DNA of 64,000 nucleotides from Lytechinus pictus (lineage: Eukaryota), in the NCBI RefSeq assembly GCF_037042905.1, contig NC_087251.1, forward strand, positions 3,906,001-3,970,000. Direction: 5' to 3'. Position numbers and translations under genes: made by a program. The notes beneath the pieces were generated by a model, which worked only from the letters and a program-made list of their open reading frames with translations, ran no database searches and was not told the origin of the DNA. The number at the start of each line of letters is the position of its first letter. Within the stretch, counting starts at the first letter, position 1. Positions 12,035 through 25,542 of the stretch are shown in pieces.

Positions 12035-15000
12035 GTTTGTTCTTGACAGATTTGTACAATCTGTACTTTAAACTGCTTTGTAATTGGATATTTAATTGGA
12101 CCATTACGAACTTAACAACATTGAAATTGGCAATACATAATGAAAAATCATCTCATAATGACTAATTCAAACGTTTCAGAAAAATGATATATCATGTACA
12201 TAAAAAAGGGTCATTCTATATTCGCTTTTATACTACTTGGCATGCTTGGTGTGTTCAGGGTGTTTGCTAGATGATGGGGCGTAATTTAATTGAGACTGTT
12301 ATGCGGGGGACAAAACACATTGTACAAAAATATGATATCTATAACGAAGGTGTTTTTTTTTTTACTGATGATTAAAGATGCTGAAAAATTTTCAAGCATA
12401 TACATTGTAGATTGAACTACTTTGGTTTATGGCCTACGTTGTAAAGATATGAGCTAGACACTCTAATGAGCAAGACAAACCTTTTATTGATCGGAGGAAC
12501 AATTAATGGACCAGAGTCTATTAAAAACTCTGCTTTTGTAGCGGGACAGGATGCGCGCGAATTCTTTTATTTCCAGATTAAAAGTTCCTCATTATTCCGC
12601 CTCAAAAGAAAAAAAACACAGTATGTCGTAATTAACCCATCTTAATTAAGACTTGCTTCGATCGACACAAAAGGACAATACTTAACAAGAATTAAGATGT
12701 TGATAAATATAAAAGATAATTGGAGGAGATAGGAGACACCTGGTACTATCATGAACCACTTTTTCAATGGAAAACAAGGTAATATGACGCCTCATTCAAT
12801 ACAAGAAAAAAAAAGATTTTTTCATCAGAAGGGTGGAAACGTGTGTGATGGGGCAGGCGGAGGTGGGGGGGGGAGGGGTCGTCTCTATATTTGGATGTCG
12901 CAATTACTGGTTGCATTTTTTTCAACCAGCAGATTTCATACAGACAACAATCGAATCACTTTTATAAACACCTTTTTGCACTTTCTTAGCAAAAGCTTGA
13001 ACAATTTGTGTATTTTTTTTTAAATACATTTCCAAGAACAAAAATAGTATAATCATTTTTCAACATTACATAACAATAAGCAACGCATCAAAATACATGC
13101 ATCATTGTGTAACATTATATAATTCAAATATATATACATNNNNNNNNNNNNNNNNNNNNNNNNNNNNNNNNNNNNNNNNNNNNNNNNNNNNNNNNNNNNN
13201 NNNNNNNNNNNNNNNNNNNNNNNNNNNNNNNNNNNNNNNNNNNNNNNNNNNNNNNNNNNNNNNNNNNNNNNNNNNNNNNNNNNNNNNNNNNNNNNNNNNN
13301 NNNNNNNNNNNNNNNTATAGGAGACCGCACAGTCTTAAGCTTGTAGCTTGAAATTGATGGAGACCTCGAAAGGGAATTAAGGGAAGAGAAAACCAGACTA
13401 CAGTGCAATGATAATAAGTTAATAATATATACATGTAGACCGCTTATTCATTCGTCATAATGGAGCAATATTTTTTTTTATTAAGTGTTTACTATTACCC
13501 AATTTATACAAATATAAATGCATTGTATTTTCATGAAAAGCAAGAAACGTTTTGTCTATTTATTCATTTATAATACTTTAGAGGATAGATTATTCAGATT
13601 ACAACACAATAATATTGTTCAGCTTCAAATCTTTTATTAAAGACTTACATAAAAATATTTAATGTGTGAAATGATTAAGACAATTACGTAAGCAAGTTTG
13701 AATATGAGCGTTGTGCGTGCAAATGAAAGTGCAATTACAGCGCAGGGACTTATGAGGTAATTAAAAAAAACGTTTTTTTTTAGTGTTTCAATGATAAAAG
13801 TAATTCGGTACTCTATCGAATGAAGACCAAGTTCACCATGCACACCGCAACAAAATTTGAATCAAATTAATTCAGGAAAATAAAACATGCCTAACATTGA
13901 AAATTGAATACACTGTATGTGAAATTTTAAAGCTATTCAAATTTAAAGTTTCGCTTGATTCCACAAATTGTATATCGCTACCCATGAAATCATTACATTT
14001 CTCACGTCATCCAAGGCAATACCCAGAAAGTTTTTCTGGGAGGCAGGACGCCTAAAAATTTATCGAAAAAACCTCAAAAGCAGGGGAGTGAAACGACCGA
14101 GTTTGTCAATTAGGCGCATTTCTAATAGTAAAATTGAACGATTTCTTTCACCCTTTTTGTGAATTTTGTGAAAATATTTGTAAAAAATGTAGGTTTTCTG
14201 GGGGTATGTTTTAAGTATGTTCAAGTATGTTTTTTATTGATCTTCTTACATTTGAATTTTAATGTTTTGTGTATAGCTTTTTAAATATGGAAATTGAATA
14301 AAGACTATGCACAAGGGCGATCAACAAATGACATTCTTTATCTATAGAGAATATGAAAATACTAATTTATCAATTAGTTCATTTTATTTTCAAAACAGGC
14401 AACTCCACGTGTTCGACGAACAATTTGATTATTTGTTTTTTTTTACAATTATATAGGAAGAAACTTCGAAATAAAAAAGTGCAGACTGAAGGCCTCTATA
14501 CATGTATAGCAAAAAAATGATATATAAATATTTCATCTTCCATCCGATTCGAATATACTTAATATGCTTGTTTGGATTGTATTATTTTGTTTGAATAAAT
14601 TTGTGGTCGAATAACAACGTGTATATAAGCATGCATCGAGTGTTATTATATTACAATTTCCAAGATTACAAGATTCTTATTTGTTATCGACAAGGTAGAT
14701 TCCAAACGTGCAAGTCCTAGCTTTTCTATTTCATTGACAGTATTAACATTTTGTAATAAAGAATAATTAATCAATCCAAACCAATTTGAATAATAGTGTT
14801 TAACTATGAGAAACTGACGACCCGGCACCCATATAATTATGAAGGGCGAATGTTCGAACTTTTAAGATTTTATTTCGCAAAGAAAGTCCTCTCTTTAATT
14901 TTAGGTTAAGATTTGTATCATAGTCATCGACAAGGTCAATTTCAATAGTGTTATATAGCTATCAATTTCTTCTTATCTTTTGTAAATATAAAGAATTAAA

Positions 15001-18000
15001 GTTCTATTAATAACAATAACACATTTTATGGCCTTGGGCAGTTGGGTGATAATGAGTTGCAGGTGGCCGGATTCAGGACCTTTTCATTTCGTCATAATAA
15101 AACCCGGGAATAAAACAAACCCATTTGAGCGGTTTGAGCCAGCAATAATATGCGCCAATATGCGATTCATCATGTGCTAATCCGGTATGTCCCAAACAAG
15201 ACAAAAGGGTAGATCCATGCAAACAAGGAGCTCCTTGATGCAAACGACGATTTTCTGATGATCCACGTTATTGCGAAAGGTTCTGTTTGAAAAGATTTCG
15301 GTGGGTATTTCGGGGGGGGGGGGCATATAATTCCAGGGGTATGTTCTCTCATTATTTGATTCTCAATCCTCTTTTTTTATCATTATATAAAGCATATAAA
15401 TGCATTTTTTTTATTGGTGAAATATAATTAGGGTTACAAAAATCTCGGCCCACTTTGTTGCAACACTGGGAAAGTTTGATTTTATATAAAAATGTATCTT
15501 AAAAATACCATGCTACAGTGTGTAACTTACATGTGACAGCGTTTTTTTTTTTTTTTTTTTTATAAAAGAAGTTTGACTAGTTTTGGGAATAGAAGGGTGT
15601 AATCATAAAACTGCAGAAACGGAGGAAACGCAGAATTTTAGAACAGTATACCTTAATCATGTCCATATTGATATACTGTAATCAATAATAAAAACGAAAA
15701 ATTAACATTGGGGATCGACGCTAATATAGGCCTATTTTATGTGTTGTCATTGAAAAAAAGTAAACCCTTGGATACACTCAACTCCTTGTTTCTCTTTTCT
15801 ATGTATGTTCTCACGTTTTTTCTCAGTAAACTCTGCCGTAATTCTTGATATGTTTGTTTCTAGGCTGACCATGATGTTGATAATTGGGTGGAGACCTTCC
15901 ATTCGCATGTCCGTGAATCTACATTCAATGGGAAAATAACAACAAAGAATGATCGAATTCTTACAGCAGAACTCGACCCAGAAGCTCTTTCGCATGTAAG
16001 GAACTATTTAAATACTTTTTTTGTAAACGAGAGAACTGAAATACTTCATTTAGAAAATTTACAAACTTCTGGGTGAGTAGGTTTATAGCCAAGTCCCTTC
16101 GTTCCATCCTGTTACATAGTTGACTGTATAATATGTTTGATCGCTTGTCCATTCGCAGATTTTTTTTGGCTGGGGGGGGGGGGGCAGCACGTGTAAACTT
16201 TTTCGAAAAAACTCGAAAGTTTTCCAAATTTCTGGGGGTGCTACTACCCCCCCCCCCCCGCTACGTACGGTCATGTTTGATTGCTGCACCTAACGATCAA
16301 TACAACCCCGTTACATCTGTACTCAGCAATCATGTACTATTTACTTACTTAATATGTTGCTATGTACGCCTATGCATATGACACTAAAATTATCAGTAAT
16401 AGTTAATAAATCATATGAAAAATAAATAATTAAATCATTTCTAAAGTGATCCATTAGATCATACAATACAAACCACAGAGTACATCTGGTAGAATAACTG
16501 TAAAAGTTACAATAGATAATTATGTGAGTAGTAATTCCCGGGCAAAACTATAAGACTATATTGAAAAGTAACATTTATAACTAATAAAACAAGGAGCTCA
16601 GTTCATACTAAACATGCCATGAAATCTTAATTTGTGCCAGTTTTGGTGTTGGGAAAGAGAATTAAGATCGCTCGGGATTTTCGGGAAAGTTAGAAAAAAC
16701 TGCTTTTTGACACATTGTTGTAAGCCCTTGAAATGTTCACATCGATTTAGAAAGGTATTATAATGGTAGTATAATTTTTTTCTTTATTGTTTGAACACAC
16801 TTGATTTTTTTAAAACATAATATGGGAAAAGGTACGTGAGATGGAAGGTGTACTATATGTGGAGGAGGATGGCGTTGTGTCTCTCTCGGATGTTTTAATC
16901 TATAAAGAAGAAATATATGAGGATGCCATTGAAAACTGGGGACTAGATCGAATAGACCAGGAAAAGCTACCCCTAGATGATCGCTTTGAGATATCAGGTG
17001 AGAGAAGCCTAGGAGAATTGTGTGTCATCACCATTATCACCATTATCATCATTAATATCATTATTATTGTAGCTATTTTAATCCTTTAAAATTCTATGCT
17101 TTGAATAGTACATTCTCGCATTTTTTCCCCCAAACGGTTCTGGTATCACTCGAACAATGAATGGCAACGCTTCTGAAATCGGTCGCCCACCAGTTTGATG
17201 AATTTCCGAAGCATACATTTTCTAAAACATAATTTGCATGACAAAGCCTAAAAATCAAATCATGTTCTAATTTTTCGCAAAAACGTTCGCATGCCCATGA
17301 ATGTTGAGATCAAGCCATCAAGGGCACAACAGCGAAAGATATATCATCACAAATCCCCCTCCACCTCTTCCTTATTTAGATATCGGGGCGGATGGGCACA
17401 TTTTCTCGATGAAAATTTGACAAGTAAAAAAAAAGTGGGGTCACCAAAAATTGAAGGTCATTTAGTCCACATTAAATTTGACAAGAACTTGGAAGAAAAA
17501 AGCCCTCACTTTGAAAAAAAAAGGGGGGGGCACATTAATTTGGGTAAGAACGGCATATCTACTCTAATTTTTTTATTATGGCTCTCAAAGGGCGGGGGAT
17601 GCACGGGCCGGATGTACACCCCCCCCCCCTCCTTGGATCCGCCACTGATTTAGATCATTATATCCATTTGACCATTCCCAATGTTATCATACCGAATCTC
17701 TCACAGGTACTGGAGAAGGAACACATGTTTATATTTTAGATTCTGGTATCCGAGCTACACATGAAGACATCAGAGGAAGAGCTGATGCTCCTTTTGATGC
17801 TTACGGTGGAAATGTAAGATTTACAAACATCAAGTTAAACGAACCTTTCTTCTTTATTCCCTTTTTTTTCTTCTTAATTTTGCCTATTATTTTACCCCTT
17901 TCTATAATGTAATCATAGGGGGGGGGGGGAGACCGCACTTCATTTTATTTCCTCATGTAGCCTAAAGCATATTACCAGGTGGCAGGTGAGCGAAAGCTTG

Positions 18001-21000
18001 TGACACTTGGAAATAGACGAAAATTAACAAAAGAGTGGTCTTTTGCACTGCGCGGGGGGGGGGGGGGGTAGATAGGGAAAAGAAGCCAAGAACCTCCCCA
18101 CCCCAATTAATTTTCAAACCTATACTTTACGTCTAGCAAAATCCCTGAAATTCTAAATAATATGTACCAAATGATGCAAATAATTATATTTAAAATGGAT
18201 ATAATCAACAAAAACTCTATTGATTAGCACGGTCACCTTGCTCACTCAATATAATCCTTAGTACTGCCATGATGCAAAACGAATAAAACATGTTATACTA
18301 TTGAGAATATAATAATTATGCAAGTTTTACTAAGGCATTTTCACTCTTTTACATCAGTTTTTATAGTTCCAAATGGAAAGTAATTCTTTTCCTCCTGTTA
18401 TTCAGTAAACTTATATTGTTTTGATAAGGACAATTGCATTGAAAACAATATATAATTGACAGATGTAAGGTTGTGGAACCCTAATGTTGTTTTTTGTTCT
18501 GTTTTTGTTGTTGTTGTTGACTTGATCTTTAATATTGAGAGCCAAAGTTAATGATAATCCAAAACCCAGAATACAAAGATCAATAGACTTTTTGGTGCAA
18601 TTTTTGTTTGTGATTTCAAATTGTTCTTTGCTAACGGACAGGGATCTGATATTGATGGGCATGGTACTCATTGTGCTGGGGTCATAGCAGGTACCAAGTA
18701 CGGTGTAGCAAAACGAGCTTATGTACATGGTATCAGGGTCATCAAAGAAAATCGAAAAGGATCCGTCTCTGCAGTTATTACTGGTAAGTAATGCGCAATA
18801 TTTGGTAATGTATGATCAGTGGTGGATCCAGGGACATTTCCGGCCCATGCTCTCCTTATGAGAGCCATGAACGATATTTGTAATTTCACTTTGGCGTTTA
18901 TACGCAAGTGTGGCCCTCTTTTTGAGAGTGACAACAAATATCTTTTTATGGAATGTATGTCGTTCATACACAAACGAGGACTTTTTTTGCTTTTCAAATT
19001 GTACTCTTCATTATACAACCTTTTTTGGGGGTCAAATTTTCCTTGTGAATATGTGCACCCCTTATGTGTATGACCCCCCAAAAAATAAATAGAAATAAAA
19101 TAAGATAATGAATAGATTATAGATAGATTAAAGATAGATAGATAGAAAGATAGATAGATAGATACTCTTCGTAGATAATAGAAGGTTCTAATAAACAAAA
19201 ACAATATTTAGGCCAAAAACAACATTAGCCGTCATATCTTCAAATGTTAACAATGAATTATTTAATGTAAAAAGGCATTCCTTTTGGAAGATTAGAATGT
19301 TAAAATATTGATGTCTATATATTTTCCGTCTTGACGCGTGCCGTATTGCCTCCAACAATTATTAACTGCAGAGGTCTTATTTAGATTTTTAGGGGAAATG
19401 ATCAGTTCCAATTTCCTTCAAATTATACGTTGTATATTTCGGATGGATCAAATTCTTATGTTTTCTATGTCAATAGCAATGAACTGGGTGGCAAAGAATG
19501 GATCCCGTCCTTGTATAGCATCAATGTCTTTCAGTGGAAAAGGTTCTAAATCACTGGACACCATGGCTAAAGCCCTCTACGACAGCGGATGTGTATTGTC
19601 AGTAGCAGCAAGCAATGAGAATAATGATTCTTGTGCTAAGTCCCCTGCTAGAATAGATGAAGTAAGTATACTAGGAATAAATGAGGTCTATCATTAATTC
19701 CCACCCTTGAATGATAGAGGGTTTGTGATTTTTAGTCTAGTATATCAACAGCGTTTCTGAAAAGCAGTAGTAGGCCTATATTGTTGAGCGGGCGATGAAA
19801 GTTGAAAATATCATAGTCTCTATAAATAATGGATAAATCTATGACGGCCTAGTTTTGTTAACTGCCTTGCTAAATGGTGAATTCTGATAAGTTTTCCAGA
19901 AGTCAGAATATTGTAAGGTTCCCGGTAAGGCCTCCGAAGGCTAGAACTATGCATCATAATCTTTGAAGCATTCAGAAGATATTCTAACTTTGACTGATCA
20001 GGGAAGTTCCCTGGACTGAAATTACCATGATAATTTCCCTAATAATTTTTTTTACAATACCATTATTTCTTATACATTCTAATGTTCTTCAGGTGATCAC
20101 TGTCGGGGCAACAGATATGGATGACCATCGAAGTTTCTTCTCTGATTTCGGACATTGTGTTGATATATTCGCACCTGGTCGAGATATACTTAGTCTTGAT
20201 TACCATGCCGATGACGGTGTTAAGAGCATGAGCGGCACGTCAATGGCCACGCCCTTTGTAACAGGTATTATATTGGTCGATACTCTTTTTGAAAAAAAGT
20301 TTCAAAACGGGGCCAGGTTCACCTAACAAAAAAAAAAGAAAAAAGGGTTAATACTTATAATACTGATTTATAGGATTAATACTATAATAATAATAATATT
20401 CAGAGGGCGCTGTATATAGATGTTTCACAGTTGGGCTAACTATGTAAACAATGAATCCATAGATTACTATGCTAGTACTAAGAAACGATTGGTCTTAAGC
20501 CAAGAATTTGAATGTTTCTGTGCAGGGAGCCAGTGGCGGGTCCAGTACCCTTCCCTTTTGAGCGCCATATAGTTTTTAGGGTAATATGCTATCGAAGATT
20601 AATTTAAAAAGTCCCCGTTTTTGTTGACAATCCTGGATCCGCCCCCTGGAGGGAGCATTTTGTATAATGGGTTGGGAGCTTGTTACAGCAAACGCACGAT
20701 CACCATCAGGTTTTCGTGCGAGGGAATTTGAGGAAAAATATGAGGGAAGCACTGCGGTTCGGGAAGGGGGGGGGGGCACAGCCGGCCCGTGCCCACCCCC
20801 CTTTGAGAGGCACAATGAAAATTTGTAATGTAAAAATGCCGTTAGAACACAAGTGTGCCCCCCTTTTAAAGTCGTGGACAAAATGTCCTTGATTTTTTGG
20901 TTGAAAACCTTTTTGTTCGTTAGTTTGTCAAATTTTCCTCGGGAAAATGTGCCCCCCTTGAAAAACCTTGGATCCGCCACTGGTGCGAAGGTATGGTCGC

Positions 21001-23175
21001 GGAAGCGGGGGGGGGGGGGGCGACTTCAGCCCCCCTTTTTTCCAAAACCGTGTACAAAAACGTAAAAATTACCATCTGATTGTGATATTTTGCATGGTCA
21101 GCGCCCCCCCCCCCACTTTCAAAACCGTTCCGCGGTTAGGAGAGGAAGAACGAAGGGAGATTCGGGTGCCATATTGATCATGTCGATTATTACTGAGTAA
21201 CGGAAGCCAGTGAGGAGATCGTAAAATAAGTTTTAGTTTATTTGTGGGAAGATGATTGAGAGGAATGTAATTTCATACAATGAATAAATGGGGGGGGGGG
21301 CAAAACAAATATATCAACAAATCGCACATCAAAACATTTAATGTGATACATCATTATTATTCTTTGCAGGCGCGGTTCTAGACTATAACGGGGGGGGGGG
21401 GGTTCTGGGGGCTTGAGAAATTTTTGACGTTGGTTTATTCTAATACAATGAAAATGGCCTGTTGTGGGTAGCTTTATATCCCCTTTATATACTGACCAAG
21501 CAGCTAAGGCCTCCCCCGTATATATTTTATTATAATATGCGAGAGAGCGTACTGAGCGAACAAAAAAAAATCACATTTTAAAATGCTTGAGAATTCTTCA
21601 TCTTTACCATGCTTCGGGGTCTGATGGGTGTATGTAGATGAGGGCATTGAGGGGGTAGGACTGGTGATCAGGAAATGGGTTTGTGTTCTTACTGTCTACT
21701 GGCGTTTACTTTAAAAAATAGAGAATTTGAACGTAAAAGGTTTGGTTTAAAACCAATAGACTTTTCATAAATAAAAAGAAGACTCATGATATTTTCTTTA
21801 CATAATATGTCTGATACTTATAACACATTGACTGATATTACTATTAACATTGATTCAATTCCGTTAAAGAGGGCAAATACTGTGAATGTTCTTGGAATTT
21901 ATATTGATAGTAATTTGAAATGAGTATAAACTATGTTATTGGTAAAGTATCCAGATATATTGGTATCTTATTTAAGCTCAAATAATATCTTTTGAATCGT
22001 GCTTTATTCTAATTATATAACGTTCTTGTATTACCATATATTTATCATACCGGGTAAGTGTTTGGGGTAATTGTGCCAAGTTGAAAATAAATACGTTATT
22101 TAAGTATATATATATATACACTGTAAAAATGAAGTGCTATTTTAGCACTTAAAGTGCTTGTATAGTGACTGCACTACGAGTGCTGATTTTCTAGTTTAAA
22201 TTCGAACTAAAAAATCAGCAATCGTATATATAATATATATATATATATACATATATATATAATATATATATCCTAAAGAATGAAAACAATATTCGCAGCG
22301 CTTTTGACAAAACACGGATATCTTTAGAGTTAAAACTTCAATGTTATGACAGTATTATTATATTCGTGGTGGGTAATGAAGGTTAATCTGAAAAAAATTG
22401 CAAGGCGTCTATACTATTGCAGGAGATTATAGACGATCTTATATACTCGCATTTAAAGAGAGCATTTTGTGAGGGAGCGTTTAGCGCGCGAGCGAGAACA
22501 TTTGAGTAGTAAAAACTTCGTTTTAGAGTACTTGACAACTTGAATGAAATACTGCATATATCAATACATACATGTATATACGCATATAGGATATATATTT
22601 TTTTTTTTTTTTGGGGGGGGGGGGGGGGGGCTTCTGTCCCCAAAGCGCCTGAATCCTCGGCTTGTCCAATTTGGGAAAATTTTCAGCGTTTATTCGTCTG
22701 ATTTTACACAATCTGTCCAAACCATTTTATTCTCTGTCTTTAATGTCGTAAAACTTTGCAGGGAACCGATCATGTCATTGCGTTGCTCTTTCGCTTTGTA
22801 TTTATATTGATCATTATTTTGAGTGACGTTGTAATCATTTGCCCCCTCCTATAAATATCATATATAAATCATATATAAATCATACCAAAATTAGCTTTGG
22901 GGCCCGATAATCATTAAATTCCTATTGATTTTTATTCAGGTGCAGCCGCCGTCCTCAGCGGGAGAGGCTACAAACACGACGAAATCAAAGCAAAATTGAT
23001 GGAATTATCATCCAAAGGTGTAGTCAAATCCAGAGGCAAAGATTCTCCCAATAAACTTCTTCATCTTGATATTGTCGACAGTCTCCATAATAATTACGTT
23101 AATAGCTATATGTTACATGAAGATGAAGATATGAAATCTTTTATCGAATCATTTAAGTTTACTGAAAATCACTAA
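11900..23175 (+). CDS. Secreted subtilisin-like serine protease, S8A proteinase K/aqualysin-type, with I9 propeptide (424 aa, 8 coding exons)
   Basis: join(11900..12034,15864..15995,16832..16997,17707..17813,18642..18783,19477..19661,20093..20264,22940..23175) = 1275 nt; all introns GT-AG with matching phases. Motifs: signal peptide MESAVVLPWMIMIISVIVPVVVA; I9 motifs YYLVGLK and VLYVEED; WGLDRIDQ; catalytic ILDSG, HGTHCAG and GTSMATP; oxyanion AASN; SPNKLL. Confidence 0.93.
13140..13315. other. Assembly gap (176 N)
   Basis: Run of N in protease intron 1. Confidence 1.
15864..15995 (+). CDS. Subtilase exon 2 (I9 propeptide)
   Basis: TTTCTAG acceptor; ADHDVDNWVETF...LTAELDPEALSH; donor GTAAGG, phase 0. 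Confidence 0.8.
16832..16997 (+). CDS. Subtilase exon 3 (end of propeptide, start of mature region)
   Basis: VREMEGVLYVEEDGVV...NWGLDRIDQEKLPLDDRFEIS; donor GTGAGA, phase 1; acceptor is purine-rich. Confidence 0.85.
17382..17647. mobile_element. hAT-like MITE, 8-bp TSD
   Basis: TSD ATTTAGAT at 17374-17381 and 17648-17655; right end TGGATCCGCCACTG; related inverted copy at about 20750-20982. Confidence 0.75.
17707..17813 (+). CDS. Subtilase exon 4 (catalytic Asp)
   Basis: GTGEGTHVYILDSGIRATHEDIRGRA; Asp codon 17739-17741; CACAG/GTAAGA. Confidence 0.93.
18642..18783 (+). CDS. Subtilase exon 5 (catalytic His)
   Basis: DIDGHGTHCAGVIAGTKYGVAK; His codon 18660-18662; CAG/GTAAGT. Confidence 0.95.
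19477..19661 (+). CDS. Subtilase exon 6 (S1 pocket, oxyanion Asn)
   Basis: MNWVAKN...ASMSFSG...VAASNENNDSCAKSPA; TAG/GTAAGT. Confidence 0.93.
20093..20264 (+). CDS. Subtilase exon 7 (catalytic Ser)
   Basis: VITVGATD...FSDFGHCVDIFAPG...SGTSMATPFVT; Ser codon 20240-20242. Confidence 0.95.
20531..20648. mobile_element. Short hAT-like MITE
   Basis: CAGTGGCGGGTCCAG / CTGGATCCGCCCCCTG termini; flanks CAGGGAGC and GAGGGAGC (7/8 match). Confidence 0.7.
21830..22080 (+). mobile_element. Decayed CR1/Crack-type LINE ORF2 fragment
   Basis: Translates with stops and frameshifts to ...NVLGIYIDSNLK...KVSRYIGILFKLK...LYNVLVLPYI...VWGNC, the post-RT signature of CR1-group LINEs. Confidence 0.75.
22119..22226. 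mobile_element. Truncated copy of the CACTG foldback MITE in a (TA)n tract
   Basis: Matches 3839-3950; most of the right arm is missing and replaced by (TA)n. Confidence 0.85.
22940..23175 (+). CDS. Subtilase exon 8 (C-terminus plus short extension)
   Basis: TTTTATTCAG acceptor; GAAAVL...SPNKLLHL...TENH then TAA at 23173-23175. Confidence 0.88.
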
Positions 23176-24172
23176 ATAGAAAAAAAACAACATATGAATC
23201 CTCACATCGAAAGGAGATATCACATTCCATGCGATTTTATTGATAGTGATTAGGCGAGTCATTCTAGCCTCTGTGTACTAGTAAAACAAATTCATCAGCT
23301 TATTCCCTTATAATAGTTTTTGTCTTTTAGGTTCATTCTCTATTTCCAATATAATTAATTGCAACTTCAATTCAATTACAGGTGACTTTAGTACAACTAT
23401 ATCACCACCAAAAAAATCATTTATAAGATCTAGAAAAATAATGTTGATACAATATTTTTCCTGTGATAGACTTCCAATAATTATCAATTTTTCTTTAGAA
23501 TTTTGCTTCAACAAACTCTTGATAGGGAAAAAAATTGAGTTCTGATTTTAAGATCTGAATAATGAAATAGAATATCAATTTATATTTATATTATTCTATC
23601 TAAAAAATAATAGGGTGCCCTTTATAAATGATAAAAGTATACAAAATAAATACATATATGTATTGGAAATACAATACGCATACAAATTTTGGAGTACTAG
23701 TTGAAACGCATGCAAGTACCATTGACAGTTCGATATTAGCAGGACATCATAATTTGAGCTCTTGAGGGTGGTTGGAGTTTAGTGAAGGGGTAAAATATTG
23801 ATGAGGAGATGACTCAGCATTAACATTTGCATATTGCATTTTGAGACATCAACCCACGTTGGCTGGTGATAAATCTTGTACTTTGTCTTTTTCGGGAACG
23901 ACTTTAAAGTTATAAAGAAATTAGAAGATAAATTATTTAGACTCTTAAATATAAATTTCATCTTATGAACAATTTCGACTGAATCAATCCGTCTGTATTC
24001 CTTTGGAATGAAGAATAATGAATTTGCAAGATATATAAAAAGGTTTTAATCCCTCGATATTTGTCTGATAGTGGTATCCGTGACTTTCAGTTTTTCAGCA
24101 GTTGGAATAATTGGTTTAGGTCAAGGGAATTCAAGCTAGCTTACAGCTAGTTAAATTATGTTGTTGTGTTTA

Positions 24173-25369
24173 AGGACAAGTCCACCCCAACAAAACGCTG
24201 ATTTGCATAAAAAGAGAATATTCCAACAAGCATAACACTGGAAATTTCATCAAAATCGGATGTAAAATAAGAAAGTTGTGACATTTTTAAGTTTCGCTTA
24301 AAGGGATGGTCCGGGCTGGAGATATTTATATCTCAATAAATAGAGTAAAATTCACAGAGAAAAATACTGAAAGTTTGATCTAAATCGGATAACAAATAAC
24401 AAAGTTATTGAATTTTAAAGATTTGCATTATTCCGGTGAAACAGTTCTAGGCATGTCTTCATGAATATTCAGTACGTTGGCTGATGATGTCATATCCCCA
24501 CTTGTTCTTTCGCCTCTTATCATATGAAATTAGGATTATTCAAATTTTTCTACCAAGAACTAAAACAATTGGATTGACAACTGATCAAGTGCATTAGTTA
24601 TTTATTGCCGCAACTTATTTCACCATAATGGAAACACATCATTATTTTACACATAATTTTATGTATGAAAAAATGAAACAATTATGATTTCATGTAATAA
24701 CATGAGAAAAAAAATGAAAGTGGGGATGTGACATCATCAGTCCACCTAATGAATATTCGTGACGATGGGCATATAACTGTTTTCACAAAATATTGATAAA
24801 CTTTAGAATTCATTAACTTCGTTATTTGTTATCCGATTTTGATGAAATTTTCAGCATTTTGTTATGTGAATTTTACTTTAAATATGATGAATATTTTCAG
24901 CCCTGACCATCCCTTTAATTTCACAAAATAGGTACTTTATGCACATCCCGGTCGGTATGTGAGAGAACCGATGTCATCACTCACTCACTATTTCTTGTGT
25001 ATTTTGATAAGTGATAGTTTTATTTTTCCCTGAACATGCTGAACATGTGGAAGTACCTGATTGTTCAACATTTTAATGGTTCAGTCAAGTTGGTCCTAAT
25101 TGCCGTCTGTCGAAATCCGTAAAAAATGAAATATTGTACAATTCAAACGATAAAAAACAAAAGAAATAGTGAGGGACATCATCGAGTTTCTCATTTGCAT
25201 GTGACTATAAATTGCATGTAAATTGTGCATAACTATTTTGAGAAAAATAAGCGAAACTTTAAAATGTCATAACTTTCTTATTTTACATTCGATGTAATTT
25301 TCAGCATTATGCTTGTCTAATTTTTCCTCTATTGATTTAAATCAACATTTTCTGAGGTGGACTTTACCT
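24173..25369. mobile_element. Kolobok-like non-autonomous element, family A copy 1
   Basis: AGGACAAGTCCACC...GGTGGACTTTACCT termini, TTAA on the right; aligns with 34171-34777 and 39913-41368. Confidence 0.8.
24302..24914. mobile_element. Kolobok-like non-autonomous element, family B, nested in A1
   Basis: TIR AGGGATGGTC(C/A)GGGCTG 16/17; TTAA at 24298-24301 and 24915-24918; empty site GCTTAATTTC seen in copy A3. Confidence 0.9.
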
Positions 25370-25542
25370 TTAACTATCATCTTAGAATGGCGATAGGAAT
25401 TTTGTTCACAAGAAAAAAAACACATACAGCAATCTTCTATAGGCCTACTAAATAAAATGCGAAAGATGCCCTCTTGAAATATAAATGTACCTATAATTTT
25501 ACAGGAACAATATTCAATATTAAGTGTTTTAAATTGTACTAA

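Noticed and set aside
13097-13434. ORFs spanning the N run
   Set aside because: Artefacts of the assembly gap.
15996-16076. Extension of protease exon 2 to the GG|GTGAGT donor at 16073
   Set aside because: That donor is phase 2 and does not join exon 3 in frame; the 15996 donor restores the I9 consensus.
11900-23175. Bacterial or fungal contamination as the source of the protease
   Set aside because: Seven long spliceosomal introns containing the same repeat families as the rest of the window.
23290-24110. Possible decayed LINE endonuclease/ORF1 remnant on the minus strand
   Set aside because: Only faint resemblance (KLIIIGSL); too degraded to support without a search.
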